Shown piece after piece: positions 42,817-59,195 of a stretch of DNA of 64,000 bases; positions within the stretch are counted from its first letter, which is position 1; each line of letters begins with the position of its first letter. The DNA is taken from positions 4,058,722-4,122,721 of the forward strand of contig CAVNZM010000013.1 of the NCBI GenBank assembly GCA_963693365.1, in the 5' to 3' direction. Made by a program: the position numbers and the translations under genes. The notes below the pieces were generated by a model that saw only the letters and a program-made list of their open reading frames with translations, was not told the DNA's origin and ran no database searches. This DNA comes from Amoebidium appalachense. Lineage: Eukaryota; Protista; Ichthyosporea.

Positions 42817-43139
42817 CCACGCCTGAGTAGATGTTAAAACGTCGCACGTGCGGCAACACGTCAGTAGGTGTTAGGTGGCCACGTGCACGGTACTGAGCTT
42901 ACGTTTTCGTTTTGGCGACGCGTGCGGCGTGCGCTGCTCGCATTAATTAAGTTAAAACAGAACGCATGCGCAGTTGGAGCACAAAAAAGGTGCGATAACA
43001 AGTTCCCGCGTGTTAGCGTGTTACCCCTCATACTGTAAAAATTGGCTCGAATCAGTGCTTTGTAGTGAGCTTATGTGTTTATGAACAATTACTTTCTTTT
43101 TAGATTTTTTTCCCCTACATAGAAAGGCCAGAAGAAGAC

Positions 43140-43832
43140 ATTTGCCCTCCCACCCTCTCTTCTCTATCCGACCTGTCCCCTCCTCACCTCTCCCCTCTTT
43201 CCTCCCCTCTCTCTCCCCTTCTCCCCTGGGCACAAATACAAATAAACCCCGCAATAGTGTGTGTGTGACTTTGGACTGCCACTTACTTATTAAACATGTA
43301 CACAATCACAAGATAATCACGCAATATAACAAATGGAAAAAGATACCACACGACACTAGACCCGATGAAAGCATACACCTTGAAAAACTAAGCCTTATGT
43401 CTCGTTTTATATATACTGACCGCCTCAACCATATTGCCAAATATGGCACTCGCAAGTGTATAACACCTAAATACATATTACCTTCCTGTAGAACTGGTCT
43501 TTCTCTAGCTGATGGTATTATTGATCAATTACCACGCTTTTACTGTACACGTGCTATACAGTGGAGATCTAATAAGTATAAGGTGGCATCATTTGCATGC
43601 CCAAACAACACACACACACACCAGTTTAACCGGTCATGTATCGCCAAATGTAGTTTGATAGACCACATAATACCGCAACACACACACGTCACATTCACAA
43701 CAGACACCCAGAAAGATAGCCTACCTGTAAATTACAACATCCTTGATTTTATACTAAACACGCGTAACTACGACCTGTTTATTAGATGTATTGATTGGCT
43801 TGAGAAACACATCACTACAAAATTATAGCGCA

Positions 43833-43897
<65 letters not shown>

Positions 43898-43929
43898 CCA
43901 GCTGATACCGAGTGTCCCGAGGGGAGCCC

Positions 43930-43965
<36 letters not shown>

Positions 43966-44717
43966 GGGGAACCCCAACTAATTGATTTCTCCTTGTAGTC
44001 TTTATGGTGTCTCGTAGAGAAAGTAAACCCTGATATATAGTCACCACCCGACATCTATGTACGTGATCATGATATACCGCTGAGGGGATATTCCGAGCAA
44101 ACCCCCCCCCCCATACCTGAGACTGGTTCTCTTTGCCTCGAGTAAACAGCGTAAACCCCCAAGAAGACATATTTCGAATAAATAGCCAGAATAATGAGGA
44201 ATGCGCAAGGCACCAACCGTCACCCCAAACCAGAGCGTTGCAAAAGAAAAAAATGCCTTTATCGAAAATAGACTTTTTAATGTGTTTTTACAAGTGTAAC
44301 CGTTTTAGACATTTGAATTGTTGTAAAGCATTGTTGCTATAGTGCTAAGTGTCTATAAGATCAAAAGGGTTGGTTTTGAAACGTTTCAATTCTCTTTTTT
44401 TTTGGGATTTTCTAGCTTTTCGAAGTTTGATTTGGGCCTGATGCACCAAGGGTTTGGAGGACGAATAGTAATCCTGATTATTCTAAAACGATTGGTCTAC
44501 TATCACGTAGGTACGTGACTACTTTTTGCACTTGACGCATGCGCACAAAATGGGTTATTGCGGACTTCTTGGCCTGCGATAGAAAAGAAAAACAAGCCAA
44601 AGTATAATAGCGTTGAAGTAAGGAAAAGGTATGCAAATTTATTACGATTATGCCATCCAAAATTTGATGTGTTCATTTTATATTTTGACACACATGTAAA
44701 AAAAAGAACTATGCATG
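43140..44717 (+). repeat. 1.58-kb inverted duplicate of 54149-55722 (LINE 3' end + poly(A) + ~750 bp flank)
   Basis: Near-identical reverse complement; differs by microsatellite lengths, a 2-bp indel and at least one SNP; contains the intact ORF2 C-terminus 43142-43828. Confidence 0.93.
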
Positions 44718-45723
44718 CAGATGCAGATCGAACTAACATTCTGCCTGGTTCCTTTAAACCAACACCCTAGCAAGTTGATAGATTCTTTAAACTTTTGTCT
44801 GAGAAAGAGCAGATAGAGATATTTCACAAGGAGCCAAACACCAAATATGGTGGGGGTGTTGCATGCGAGTTTAGTCTGGTTAAGGTGGACTGGAAGAATC
44901 TGCTCCCTCAGATCCACCTTAACTAATGCTATCAACACTAGATGGATATCAGTATATTTAGAGATGTATGGCCCAAAAGTCACATATCCGCACTACCTTT
45001 TCCCCCCCTCATGACCCTTCTGTAGATAAATAAAAACTAAGTTTGTCTGCATGTGCTGTACATAGTCTGGGCTGGAACTTTGTGTCCGGCATGATTTTTG
45101 TTACAACAGCTAGCTAGTGCTGAAAAACACTCACAAATCCTGAAATTAAAGGCTGAAAAATTTTGGTACCTAAATAGAAGGAGCAAGTACGTTTGGATGG
45201 TAGGTGGGCCCTGTATGTGTATGTGTGTGTGTGGGTGTGTGTGGATGGGGGGGGGAGGGGGGGGGAGGGGTTGACGTGCGATGAGCTAACGGAAGCGGAG
45301 TGTGTTCATTTCTCTGCTGTAATTCGTAACCCGTTTGGGTGGGGTCCCTGTTTTGTTCGAAATGCAAGAAGGGACAACCTGAATGATTTCCTTCTCATCT
45401 TTCCCTCTTCTCTTTTTCTTTTGGCAATCTCACGAAAACAGCTCTGCACATTATAAACAGGGCAAGGGTGCAGCATCCACATTCAATTCCTACTAGCCTT
45501 GGTTCTCAAAACTTTCCCTCCATCCATCCAGGGAGACCCAGAGCGAGAAAACCTGGGCGCACAAAAAAAAAAAAAAAAAGAGAGAGAGAGAGACTGTCGA
45601 AGCGTACAACGAGCTGTCTTTTACTTAACATCTAAGTTTGGCTTCCAAGCATCATATCATCCCTTTTCCTCCTTATATTTACTTTCCCCCCCCCCCCCCC
45701 CCCACACACACAAACACACACGC

Positions 45724-45754
<31 letters not shown>

Positions 45755-47302
45755 GAAAAGAAGAACTTGAACACACACGCGTGTGCGCATTTTGGGAACA
45801 GCGGAGATCTTTCTGATCCATCCCCCCCCCCCCCCCCCCCCCCCCCCCCACCACCACCCCTCCAAACACATACACACAACCCCCCCTGGGTCATTCCTCG
45901 GAAGACCCAAATTCTCTGGGTTGCCTTCGAGCCATCATGATCACAGTACGTGGACCACCATAACGTGCATGTGGTCAAGGTCTTAATTTGATTTTTTTTT
46001 TGTGGTGCCCACGTATGTGCCACTCTGTGCTCACCCACGTGCATGCTGGCGCGAAACGATGACGTGTGTGCGCAGTGCATGTGTGTGCATGATTTGTGCG
46101 TAGTGGTGGTTGTAATGTGTGTACATTGTGTGTGCATGTCTTGTTTGATTCACTGCATGGACGTTGGGAAGTATGTGTCTACACACGGTTAAGGGATCCC
46201 TTATGTAACACCTTGATTGTGATTCCGCCCCGTGCCCCTCCTCCTTCCCCCCCCCCCCTCCCCCCCCCCCCCCCCCGCCCTCTCTCTACCCCTCTCCCCC
46301 CCACTCCTCATATCCTCATAATTTCTACTCATTTTGTGTTTTGAAAGATATATGAAATTCTTGCATGTGTGCAGTAGGAACACGCGTAACATGCACCTTG
46401 GCATACACCCCCGTGTATAACGGCAAGTAGACACGATGAAATACAAATACGAGAGGATCCACTCTTTCTTCCTCCCCCTGCCCTCTTTATTATGAGACAC
46501 ACAACGAAACCGAGAGCCGCTTCACATCAGGATCCCATCGTTTTCCTCTCTCAAGTTTAGCACTTGAAAAATTTCAGGACCCATGTGTACACACACAGAC
46601 GCACACGAGCACAGACATGCACACGTACACAAGCTGCACACACAAACACAGGCACAAAAACACACGCTCCGTGGCACACACGCGCACACAAGCTCTCACA
46701 AATACACGGTGTGCCGGCGCACACCTGTACACACAAACAATGCATGCGCACGCAGGCATGCACACACTATAGCATTATACACACACACGCACACATGCAA
46801 GCACGTACGCACGTTCGCGGGCGCGCACGCACACGCACGCAAGCACGGACATATACGGACACACATGTACACACACACGCACACACGCGCACACGCACAC
46901 ACACACACAAACACACACACGCACGTGCACACACACACACACATGGCGTTATTATGTAAACGGTTGGGCTGGTTTCCCATGATTGTGAGCATGCATTACA
47001 TACGCCATGTATCCGATCCCAGCAGCCAGCGCGTTCAATGTTTTGTTACATATCGAAAAACCCTGCAACCCGCCGCGGCGCTCTGGCCAAAGTCACGCGC
47101 AAGGCCACGCGCGTACTCAGCCAACGTACGTGTGCATCTGCACGAACGTGGAGTCAAAGCTTATTAGCACCCCGAAAGTTCGGGGCTCGTGAACTTGCAT
47201 ATTACGCATGCCGTTACATCATCGGGGTTTTGGGGCGAAAACTTGATGTCGGTCTAGAAGAATGTTCACTGTATTCCGTGTAGTACAATGTTGTTAATGG
47301 AA

Positions 47303-47349
<47 letters not shown>

Positions 47350-47416
47350 GAAGGAGGGGGTGTGTGTGTCGGTGGGGGAGGAAGGTGTGTGTGTGTGGGG
47401 GGAAGGGGGGGGGGGG

Positions 47417-47451
<35 letters not shown>

Positions 47452-47518
47452 GGAAGGGATATATATATTTATATGTTGAATGTTGGGCGAAAGAGGGTGG
47501 TTTTGTGTGTAACAGTGT

Positions 47519-47935
47519 CAGGGTTGGGCTGGGGTTCGCCAGCTTAACCGTATCGCCCTTTGGCCAATCGTAACGGACAATTTCTTTATCGTAACGGGGT
47601 GGGTTCTTGGGGAGCTGCAAGCCCCGCCTAAAACGCCCCTCCAGTCGCAAAACTCAAAATACGTATTTTTACAAATTGAGTACCGCAAGATTACAAGCCC
47701 TGGAAGCTTATCGGGGCTCGATATTGCACATGAGAAGCGCTGTAGATATGTTCTTGGGGGGGAATGTGCTGTTCTTGAACAGAAATATTGAAAAATAGGG
47801 AAATTTACATATTCAAGCGTTTATAATGCTATACACCTGATACGAAAGCTGTTACGACGGTATCCTGACCTTATTCGTATCGGGTCTCTCGTTAATCGTA
47901 ATTACGACGATTTTTTTTTCGTAATCCCTACCCTG
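47519..47935. mobile_element. hAT-family MITE, second copy, opposite orientation
   Basis: CAGGGTTGGG...CCCTACCCTG termini; homologous throughout to the reverse complement of 32980-33386; degenerate 8-bp TSD AACAGTGT / AACGGTGC. Confidence 0.83.
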
Positions 47936-48763
47936 AACGGTGCGTTGCGCGGAACGCCAATCAGAAAAGGGTGCCTAATGATCCAATCAATACGATTCGT
48001 ACCTGACCAATAGGAAATTAGACTCAGAGCGGGGCAAAAGAACGTCCGCCGACATTTCAACCAACTCAGTGCTGGCTAGCGCTGTGTGTGTCGTTTTCAT
48101 GTTGAAGGAATAAACCAACAAGTACGTGTATGCCAAACGCCGACAGATCATGTTGAGCTGTGTTAGTAATTGGCTTCAATGGCCGAGATCGATGTAGAAG
48201 AACTTGCCCAGCTGCAATCACAGTGCCAAGACTAGTGTGGTTTATAATCAAGAGTGTGGTTTACAGTGGTAACGTTTCAAGTTGTAGGGGACGGTACGTA
48301 GCTGGGGACGGTTGGGAGGAAATGAAGAAGGGTTCGTGGCTCTTTTACAACACATTCCCATATTATGACCGTATTACTCAATTAAGTTGTTTTCAGCTGA
48401 GATAATTCACTAAGTCTTGGCCCATATGCATGCTGCGAAAAGGTCCGGAAGTTGCATGCACAGCCAGGCGGAGAGTGGCGCACATCGGGGCATGAAGATC
48501 ATCAGTATTTGATCATTTCTCAAAATGAAAACTTTCCTGTTACCTTCAGTTGTGAGAGGTGATTGTTATACTAAAATCTGTGCTGACGGCTTTAGCAGGT
48601 ATGCAATTTGCAATTGAGTGTGTACACATGTGCGTGCACGTGTGTGCCTGGCCGGTTATAATTATGATCATTATGATACATGTGCGCGGTATGATGAAAG
48701 TTAACTTTGTGGGTGTATATGCGAGAAATACTGACAGCTTATAATACGGTTCCCCTGTATAGC

Positions 48764-48869
<106 letters not shown>

Positions 48870-49010
48870 ACGTATGTGTGTCTGTGTGTCTGTGTGCCAC
48901 CGGGTTGCATGTTGTGTGTGTGCTGTATGGCCAGTAAGGGGTTTCAAATCCTGGGGCTAGACTAAGTGCATTAACATATCTGCCCTGTTGACACAATTTG
49001 CCGATTGAAG

Positions 49011-51371
<2,361 letters not shown>

Positions 51372-51777
51372 TTACGTAATTAGTATTTAGTATAATATCG
51401 CAACCAGTATACGGATATAATGAATAAGAGCAAATAAGCAAGTAGGCTATTTAGTAATGGTCTTCTTGCCGTTAGTGTGCAAGTGCAAAAGCATTAGGAA
51501 GTGATGATATTATTGAAATGTAAACAACTGGTATTGAGTAGAAAAGGTGAAAGTATGTGATGTGTATGCAACTGTGTGTGTGTGGGTGTGTGTGTGTGTG
51601 TTTGTTTGTTTGTTTGTGTGCGTGTGCGCGCGCGCATGTTTATGTGTCTGTGTGTGTATGTGTAAATGTTTGCGCGCTTATGTTTATGTATGAGCGCGCT
51701 ATGTGTGCGTACTCACACATATGTGTTTGTGTTTGTCTGTGTGTACATGTGTGCATGTGTACATGTGCGCATGCGTG

Positions 51778-51878
<101 letters not shown>

Positions 51879-52742
51879 ATGTGTGTATGTGTGTGCGTGT
51901 ACGTGTGCATGTGTGTTTGTGTTCTACGGTGGGCAAAGAACGTGTGTAGAGAGAGGGAGAAGGGGCGGGAGGGGGGGGGGGGGGGGGGAGGAGGATCACA
52001 GGTTATGTTCGCCCCGGGAAACTGCCGATTAGATCTGATACTTCTGTTTGAAGAACTTGTGTTAATACTGGGTTTCACTAGCTATAGGTCTTGTTGCATA
52101 TTTATGCTTGTGTACAGCAATGAATTAGAAGCATGTCATATTAGCTGCTTTTCGTCCAGTTTCTACTACTGTTTAAGGTAACAGCCAAAGAAATCTGTCT
52201 TTGTCTCCCGAAACACCATGCTTCAGGACCCGCCGTGTGTGTGTGTGTTTGAAGGGGGGGGAGGGGGGGCACTTGTGGGGGTGGAAGCCTAAGTCAACTC
52301 AGCAAGGAGGGGGGAGGGGGGAGGGGGGGGGGGGGGGGCAGCTGATGCTGATAAACACCTCCGCAAATGTGCCCTATTCCAGCAAGAGCAACATTATGTG
52401 TGGTATCATGTTTTATCCTGTGCGGGCCTGCGCAGCAACTATGTGCTTTAAATACATCATACAAGAACTCTTCATTGTGCCCTAGACGTAGGATATGATT
52501 GAGGGCCATCACAAATGGTAGAAGCAGCAACGACCCTCCATATTTTTACAATGACCTCGGGTTAGTAGGATCTGTATAAGTGTACGATTTAGGTAAGTAA
52601 CTTGGGTAACTAATAAGGCTGTGTATGTAAGTAGGTGTGCTTCTCAAGGGGTGTGTGTGTCAGGGTGCACGTGTGTGTGTGTTGGTGCTGGTGTGTAGCG
52701 CCTGCTTACGTACGCGCGTGCGTGTATGTGTGTGTGATGGTG

Positions 52743-52817
<75 letters not shown>

Positions 52818-53118
52818 GATGTTATGTTGTGTGTGTGTGTGCGCGTGCTTTTGTTTTTGTGTCGTGGCTGTAGCTGCAAACATGTTATTAGCATAGGTCG
52901 GTTGGGCAAGTATATCCCTTTATGTGCGTCTGTAATGTGTATGTGCCCACACAGGCTTGCTTGTGACTGCAAACTCTTTAATAAACTTCAAAACATCACC
53001 CACCGTTTACATCTCGCGTTCCTACCTAAAGACAATCTTTAACCGTGCGAAGCTGTTAAATACTCACAAAATAGCAAGACTTTATAAAACCCAACAGCAA
53101 AGCTTTCACCGACCAGCT

Positions 53119-53751
53119 TTACGGCAAAAACACCGTTGACCGTTCGTATCGTTGGGATGCAGACGCCGACCTCTGTCGTGAGGAACCTTGCACTGTGCTC
53201 CCATGGCCAAACGCCGCCGGTGCCGAAGCACGTCGTAATTGCCTCTCCCCACTGGCTATCCTCTGGTAATGCGCGCGTAATTTCTTTGGGTTTACCGCCT
53301 GGTCAAGGACTGCAAGGTCGCACATGCTGCTTTTCTTCAGTATGTCCCACACGATAGCCCCCTCTATGCGGCACCCCTCCGACAACATCATTTCGTTCAC
53401 TTGCACTATTTTGTCTCCCGGCTGCAGGCCCAACTGCCACGCCCTTGTGTGCTTTGCAACTTCCAAAACGTACACCGACCCATGGTATGTAATTAGGTGG
53501 GCACCAAGATCCGCATCAGCCGGTTTGGTGAACTTCATCTCCCGTTTTAAGCTCAGTGATTGCTGTATTTCGTCTGCAACATCGTCTGTTATTACACGTG
53601 ATGTTACATTTGGTGGTAGGTGAGAGCCATACAGTCCAGCATAGAGCTTCTCTACGTGACGGGTAACCGCTGCTGCTGCGGCCGTGGTGGTGTTCAACGC
53701 ACGATGGGTGCTGTCAGCGTGAGGGCTGCGCCTGCGAGGGAGTAACCTCAT
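53119..53751 (-). CDS. Single-PDZ-domain protein, syntenin-PDZ-like, intronless (210 aa)
   Basis: REMKFTKPADADLGAHLITYHGSVYVLEVAKHTRAWQLGLQPGDKIVQVN matches the PDZ pattern (A..GL..GD.I..VN); ATG at 53751. Confidence 0.75.
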   Translation of the reverse strand: MRLLPRRRSPHADSTHRALNTTTAAAAAVTRHVEKLYAGLYGSHLPPNVTSRVITDDVADEIQQSLSLKREMKFTKPADADLGAHLITYHGSVYVLEVAKHTRAWQLGLQPGDKIVQVNEMMLSEGCRIEGAIVWDILKKSSMCDLAVLDQAVNPKKLRAHYQRIASGERQLRRASAPAAFGHGSTVQGSSRQRSASASQRYERSTVFLP

Positions 53752-54901
53752 GATGGAAGAGTAGGTGTGTAAGGAAGGAGTTGAGTGAGATGTGTAACTT
53801 ACAAGTGCAAATCTGTAGATGCTACCCACAAAAAGGTAGAGTAACTTGAATGATGTAATGTGTTATGTGTCAGCAAGTGTGGTTATAGTGATATTACTCA
53901 TACATACAGACCTACACGGTTCCCACATAACATTCTGAGCTAGCCCCTTCGCGACACTAAACAACTGACCAAAAAAAAATGGAAACAAAACCAAGACACA
54001 AAAAACAAGGTGCCACTTTCGGTGTCACCGCCACAAAAAGCCCTGGGCGGCTGGGCCACAAAATGAGAGCATATCAGTGAATGAGTTCACCAATAGGAAA
54101 GGAGTACGAAGGGCGAAATGCCACCGAATAGGAACGCAGCAGGCGTCTCATGCATAGTTCTTTTTTTTACATGTGTGTCAAAATATAAAATGAACACATC
54201 AAATTTTGGATGGCATAATCGTAATAAATTTGCATACCTTTTCCTTACTTCAACGCTATTATACTTTGGCTTGTTTTTCTTTTCTATCGCAGGCCAAGAA
54301 GTCAGCAATAACCCATTTTGTGCGCATGCGTCAAGTGCAAAAAGTAGTCACGTACCTACGTGATAGTAGACCAATCGTTTTAGAATAATCAGGATTACTA
54401 TTCGTCCTCCAAACCCTTGGTGCATCAGGCCCAAATCAAACTTCGAAAAGCTAGAAAATCCCAAAAAAAAAGAGAATTGAAACGTTTCAAAACCAACCCT
54501 TTTGATCTTATAGACACTTAGCACTATAGCAACAATGCTTTACAACAATTCAAATGTCTAAAACGGTTACACTTGTAAAAACACATTAAAAAGTCTATTT
54601 TCGATAAAGGCATTTTTTTCTTTTGCAACGCTCTGGTTTGGGGTGACGGTTGGTGCCTTGCGCATTCCTCATTATTCTGGCTATTTATTCGAAATATGTC
54701 TTCTTGGGGGTTTACGCTGTTTACTCGAGGCAAAGAGAACCAGTCTCAGGTATGGGGGGGGGGGGTTTGCTCGGAATATCCCCTCAGCGGTATATCATGA
54801 TCACGTACATAGATGTCGGGTGGTGACTATATATCAGGGTTTACTTTCTCTACGAGACACCATAAAGACTACAAGGAGAAATCAATTAGTTGGGGTTCCC
54901 C

Positions 54902-54936
<35 letters not shown>

Positions 54937-54968
54937 GGGCTCCCCTCGGGACACTCGGTATCAGCTGG

Positions 54969-55011
<43 letters not shown>

Positions 55012-55031
55012 TGTGTGTGTGTGCGCGTGCG

Positions 55032-58000
55032 CTATAATTTTGTAGTGATGTGTTTCTCAAGCCAATCAATACATCTAATAAACAGGTCGTAGTTACGCGT
55101 GTTTAGTATAAAATCAAGGATGTTGTAATTTACAGGTAGGCTATCTTTCTGGGTGTCTGTTGTGAATGTGACGTGTGTGTGTTGCGGTATTATGTGGTCT
55201 ATCAAACTACATTTGGCGATACATGACCGGTTAAACTGGTGTGTGTGTGTGTTGTTTGGGCATGCAAATGATGCCACCTTATACTTATTAGATCTCCACT
55301 GTATAGCACGCGTGTACAGTAAAAGCGTGGTAATTGATCAATAATACCATCAGCTAGAGAAAGACCAGTTCTACAGGAAGGTAATATGTATTTAGGTGTT
55401 ATACACTTGCGAGTGCCATATTTGGCAATATGGTTGAGGCGGTCAGTATATATAAAACGAGACATAAGGCTTAGTTTTTCAAGGTGTATGCTTTCATCGG
55501 GTCTAGTGTCGTGTGGTATCTTTTTCCATTTGTTATATTGCGTGATTATCTTGTGATTGTGTACATGTTTAATAAGTAAGTGGCAGTCCAAAGTCACACA
55601 CACACTATTGCGGGGTTTATTTGTATTTGTGCCCAGGGGAGAAGGGGAGAGAGAGGGGAGGAAAGAGGGGAGAGGTGAGGAGGGGACAGGTCGGATAGAG
55701 AAGAGAGGGTGGGAGGGCAAATACTTCTTTAAGCGGCTTATGTGCTTATTGAATTTCAGCGCGAGATAGGATACTCTAGCAGCTATTGGGACCAGACCAT
55801 ATATCGAGAGCGTTACAGGCCCAGGTTTACAACAGTTGTTAGATAGAAAGGAGGCAACTTCTGCTTCAAGGAAATTTGCCAAGGGTTTAAGCGCTCTAGT
55901 TCTCTCTTTCTTGATCCAAGCGGCGAGAAGGGGTAAACCATATTCACATGCCGGGAAGACAAAAGTGCGAATAAATGTAAGTCTAATAGAAGGATGGAGG
56001 GGTGTGTCTTTAAAAATATTAGCCGAGAAGAAAGCTAACCGCTTACGAGCCAACTCTACCCTCTTTTCGACCATATGGGGAAACATAACACCAACAGAAT
56101 CAACCGGAACACCAAGATATTTGTATTCTGGAACTATAGGTACAGGTTTAGATGATAATGTAAATGTGTGTAAATTGTTAGCTATATCAGGTACAAGAAC
56201 ACCACATTTGTCTATGTTAAGGATCATAAGGTTTGCCTTGCACCACTCTGACACTACATCGAACAATCTTTGCAGGCGTCTAGGGGTACGGGCAAGGAGG
56301 GACAGATCATCAGCATAGAGAAGTGCAGGCGGAAAGTTATTAATAGGGTCATCGTTTTCGGCGTAAATCTTGACAGCCAAATCATCTATAAATAGGTTAA
56401 ACAAAAAGGGGCTAAGCAATGAACCCTGCAAGAGACCTCTAGTACGAGCAAAACCATATGAAAGATGCCCATTAACCACAGCTCTACCATAGGTTTGAGA
56501 CAAGAGTGCTTCTAACAGAACACCAATGCAGTGTGGTACACCCCGTGCAGCAAGCTTTTCCCATAGGAGACCAGGGGAGACAGAATCGTAAGCAGTTTTC
56601 CAATCAATAAAGCCAACATATTGTGCACCAACTTGCATAGAATCGTGCAGTGCCATTATTTGAACATAACATGAATTGTTTTTACGAAAAGCGGATTGGC
56701 ATGGGTGTATGTGAAGAATAGATTGAAACCTAGGGTGATGTGCAAATAACCTAAGTAAGCAAGCTTCAAAGAATCTACGAACAACCTGGGTTAGTGTAAT
56801 GGGGCGAAAGGATGATATGGGGCCCTCAGAGTCCTTCTTAACTATGGGGATCACTAAGGTATCTAACCAAGATGACGGGACATGTCCACATTTAACACAC
56901 CAAGAAAAGAGAGAGCTTAACATGATAGTAAGATCAGGTTTAATAGCACGATCACTTTCCTTTTGTGGGTAGGAGGGAACAAGGATTTTAAGAAACCCAG
57001 CAGGGAGTCCATCAGGTCCACAAGACTTACTAGAGCTATAACTAGATATCACAGACCATATGGCATCGGGACTGAAAAAGGGGAGGATCGATTCTATGGG
57101 GATAGATGGGTCTACAGGCCACACAATAGGTTTCTGAGCGGGGGTCCTATCTTTAAACAGTTCCGAGAAATACTTATCAGAGTCTATGAGGGGGTCTCCA
57201 GTGGTATCACCAATAATACGAGCAGGGGGGCCAAATCGATTCATACTAGCAAGCCGGCGCAAGCTTTCCTTTTGAGACAGGGGTTCACCTAGTCTAGCGG
57301 GAGTGGTGTTTGGTAACAAGAGAGCATCGGGATATTCCTTCCTACCACCGCCAGCATAATCACCGAGATCTATCAAATCATCAACAATAAAGTTAGTGCA
57401 TGTATCTAGTACGAGATGTGAATCTGGCCTGGCTTGTGCAGATTCTAATAGGCGCATATATATAGGGTGTTTCGTAGCATAGCATACACATACATCGACT
57501 CTACCCCACTGTGACTTAAGCTGGGATAGACGGAGGCGAAAGGTGGGAGGAGGAGGGGGGAGCAGATCAAGGGAGATCTTAGGTAGGAAAAGGATAGGAG
57601 AGTGGTCAGATGACCTAGAGAGGTTAGGAGGGAGAGAGAGTTTTGACATGGTTGATGGCCAAAAGGCCACTCCCCAGTCGGTGTTGTGGGCATGGGATAT
57701 TTGAGGGAACCGCAAAGTGTGACTTTGGACATACCTTGCTAAAGGGATAGCACGCTCCGGGGGCTTAGATGGGTACCCGACACTCACTTGCAGTGTGTCT
57801 GTGTGGTGGAGTCGCGTGTTAAAATCACCTAAAATAACAGTGGACATTGGTAACTGTGACAACTCGTGAGTCAATTCGACAACCGACATAGATGGTGGGT
57901 AATATACAAAAGTAAAAACATTAGAAAGAAACTCTATAGAAACCGAGAATTCCGTTTTTGCTACCGGTTTGCACTTCACTCTCACGTGTGGTGCGGCAAG

Positions 58001-58228
58001 TACAATAATGCCTCGGTTTTTCGCGTAACCGGGGTGTGTGGATGTGTCGACCAATGTAGAGTTGAATTTGTGGTGGTTTTTAAACTGTGTTTCGCAAATC
58101 ACTGTAAACGTGTGGTTGTTTGTCTGTTGTTGTATGTAGCTGATTTTATCGTCGAGTGTCCCCGGGGGGAGGCCCTTTTGGGGGCCCAGTGTCCGAGCAT
58201 TCCAGAAGAAGAAGGATAAATTAGGCAT
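55032..58228 (-). CDS. LINE ORF2 (AP endonuclease + reverse transcriptase), 2-bp frameshift near 55310
   Basis: APE motifs WNART, ICETQ, YYPP, LGDFN, SDHSPI; RT motifs KSCGPDG, FRPITL, QSAFR, DWKTAYDSV, GLLQGSLLSPFLF, LYADDL, YKYLG. The native C-terminus continues in the 55032-55277 frame, as shown by the duplicate. Confidence 0.93.
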
Positions 58229-59195
58229 CGGTTTGGTCCGACACCTGTGGGGTTGGTTCCCACTTGTCGCTTACGGGGTCGTATGCACGACCTTCCGCCA
58301 GCGCGAACAGTTCGCAGAAGAGCTCGATTTCCATCTCGCATCGGCGTTTGCGCTCGAGCAGTTTCTCACCAGAAAACATTGGTTCCTTCGTGTCCGTGTC
58401 TATCACGCTCGTAGCATCGTTTTCCAACTTTGCGAGGAACTCTTTTGCCTTGCTGATGCGTACACGACAACGTGTGGCGCACGCATTCTTAGCAGACACT
58501 TTACGTTCTTTGTCTGCTTTCTGAATGTTTTCCGGCGCGCATGGGTCGTAGCTTGGGAGGTGGGTGAAGAAGCTTCCACACCCCTTTGTCGCGTCTCGGA
58601 TGAACGCACGGTTATAGTCGCCCCGTACTGCTACTTCCAGCACATCGTATCCAATGAAGGACAGACAAAGGATGCGAGAGCACCGAAAGCCGAGAGCCTT
58701 GAAGATGGACCACATGGCCCTGTGTGGGCGTCTGCCTTGCTTGACTTTGAAATACACCCTCTCGTATTTGGGTGGGATGTTGATGTTACCGTTTGCTTGG
58801 GTGTTCCCCTTAGCCGGCGGTTTGGGAGGGGAGTTGCGGCGGTACTCGTTGCCTGCAAGAATGCTGGCATATGTTTCCTTGGCAATTTGGCGGAGCTCGG
58901 GTGTTTTACGAGAGTTCGCATATTCTAGGAACTCTGCCGGGAGCTGTGCTTCCGGTCCTGTGTTGTTTTGTGTTGGGGTGGAAATGTCTCCGTCGCGAGA
59001 TGTTTGCTCATGAGTTTTGGGGTTTTGCGATCCACTAATGTTTAGCTGGGCTGTGAGTGAATCAATGGTGAGCTTGAGTTGGGTATTTTCTGTTTGGAGT
59101 TTTTCTATCATGTTCTTGAGTGGTAACAGCTCATTTAGCTGTTTCTTAACGAGGGCAAGTTCTGCCAGTACTGTATCAACCGAAAGTTTCGGCAT
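58221..59195 (-). CDS. LINE ORF1 (coiled-coil N-terminus, putative RNA-binding domain), 324 aa
   Basis: ATG at 59195 (MPKLSVDTVLAELALVKKQLNELL.. heptads), YASIL motif, then FKALGFRCSRILCLSFIG..VLEVAV..DY...YDP block; directly upstream of ORF2. Confidence 0.85.
   Translation of the reverse strand: MPKLSVDTVLAELALVKKQLNELLPLKNMIEKLQTENTQLKLTIDSLTAQLNISGSQNPKTHEQTSRDGDISTPTQNNTGPEAQLPAEFLEYANSRKTPELRQIAKETYASILAGNEYRRNSPPKPPAKGNTQANGNINIPPKYERVYFKVKQGRRPHRAMWSIFKALGFRCSRILCLSFIGYDVLEVAVRGDYNRAFIRDATKGCGSFFTHLPSYDPCAPENIQKADKERKVSAKNACATRCRVRISKAKEFLAKLENDATSVIDTDTKEPMFSGEKLLERKRRCEMEIELFCELFALAEGRAYDPVSDKWEPTPQVSDQTDA

Noticed and set aside
32980-47935. Two inverted hAT MITEs as the ends of one 15-kb composite transposon carrying the lipase gene
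   Set aside because: Each copy has its own distinct 8-bp TSD and they are clearly diverged, so they are independent insertions.
58233-58928. 231-aa antisense ORF over LINE ORF1
   Set aside because: Shadow frame with no recognisable motifs.
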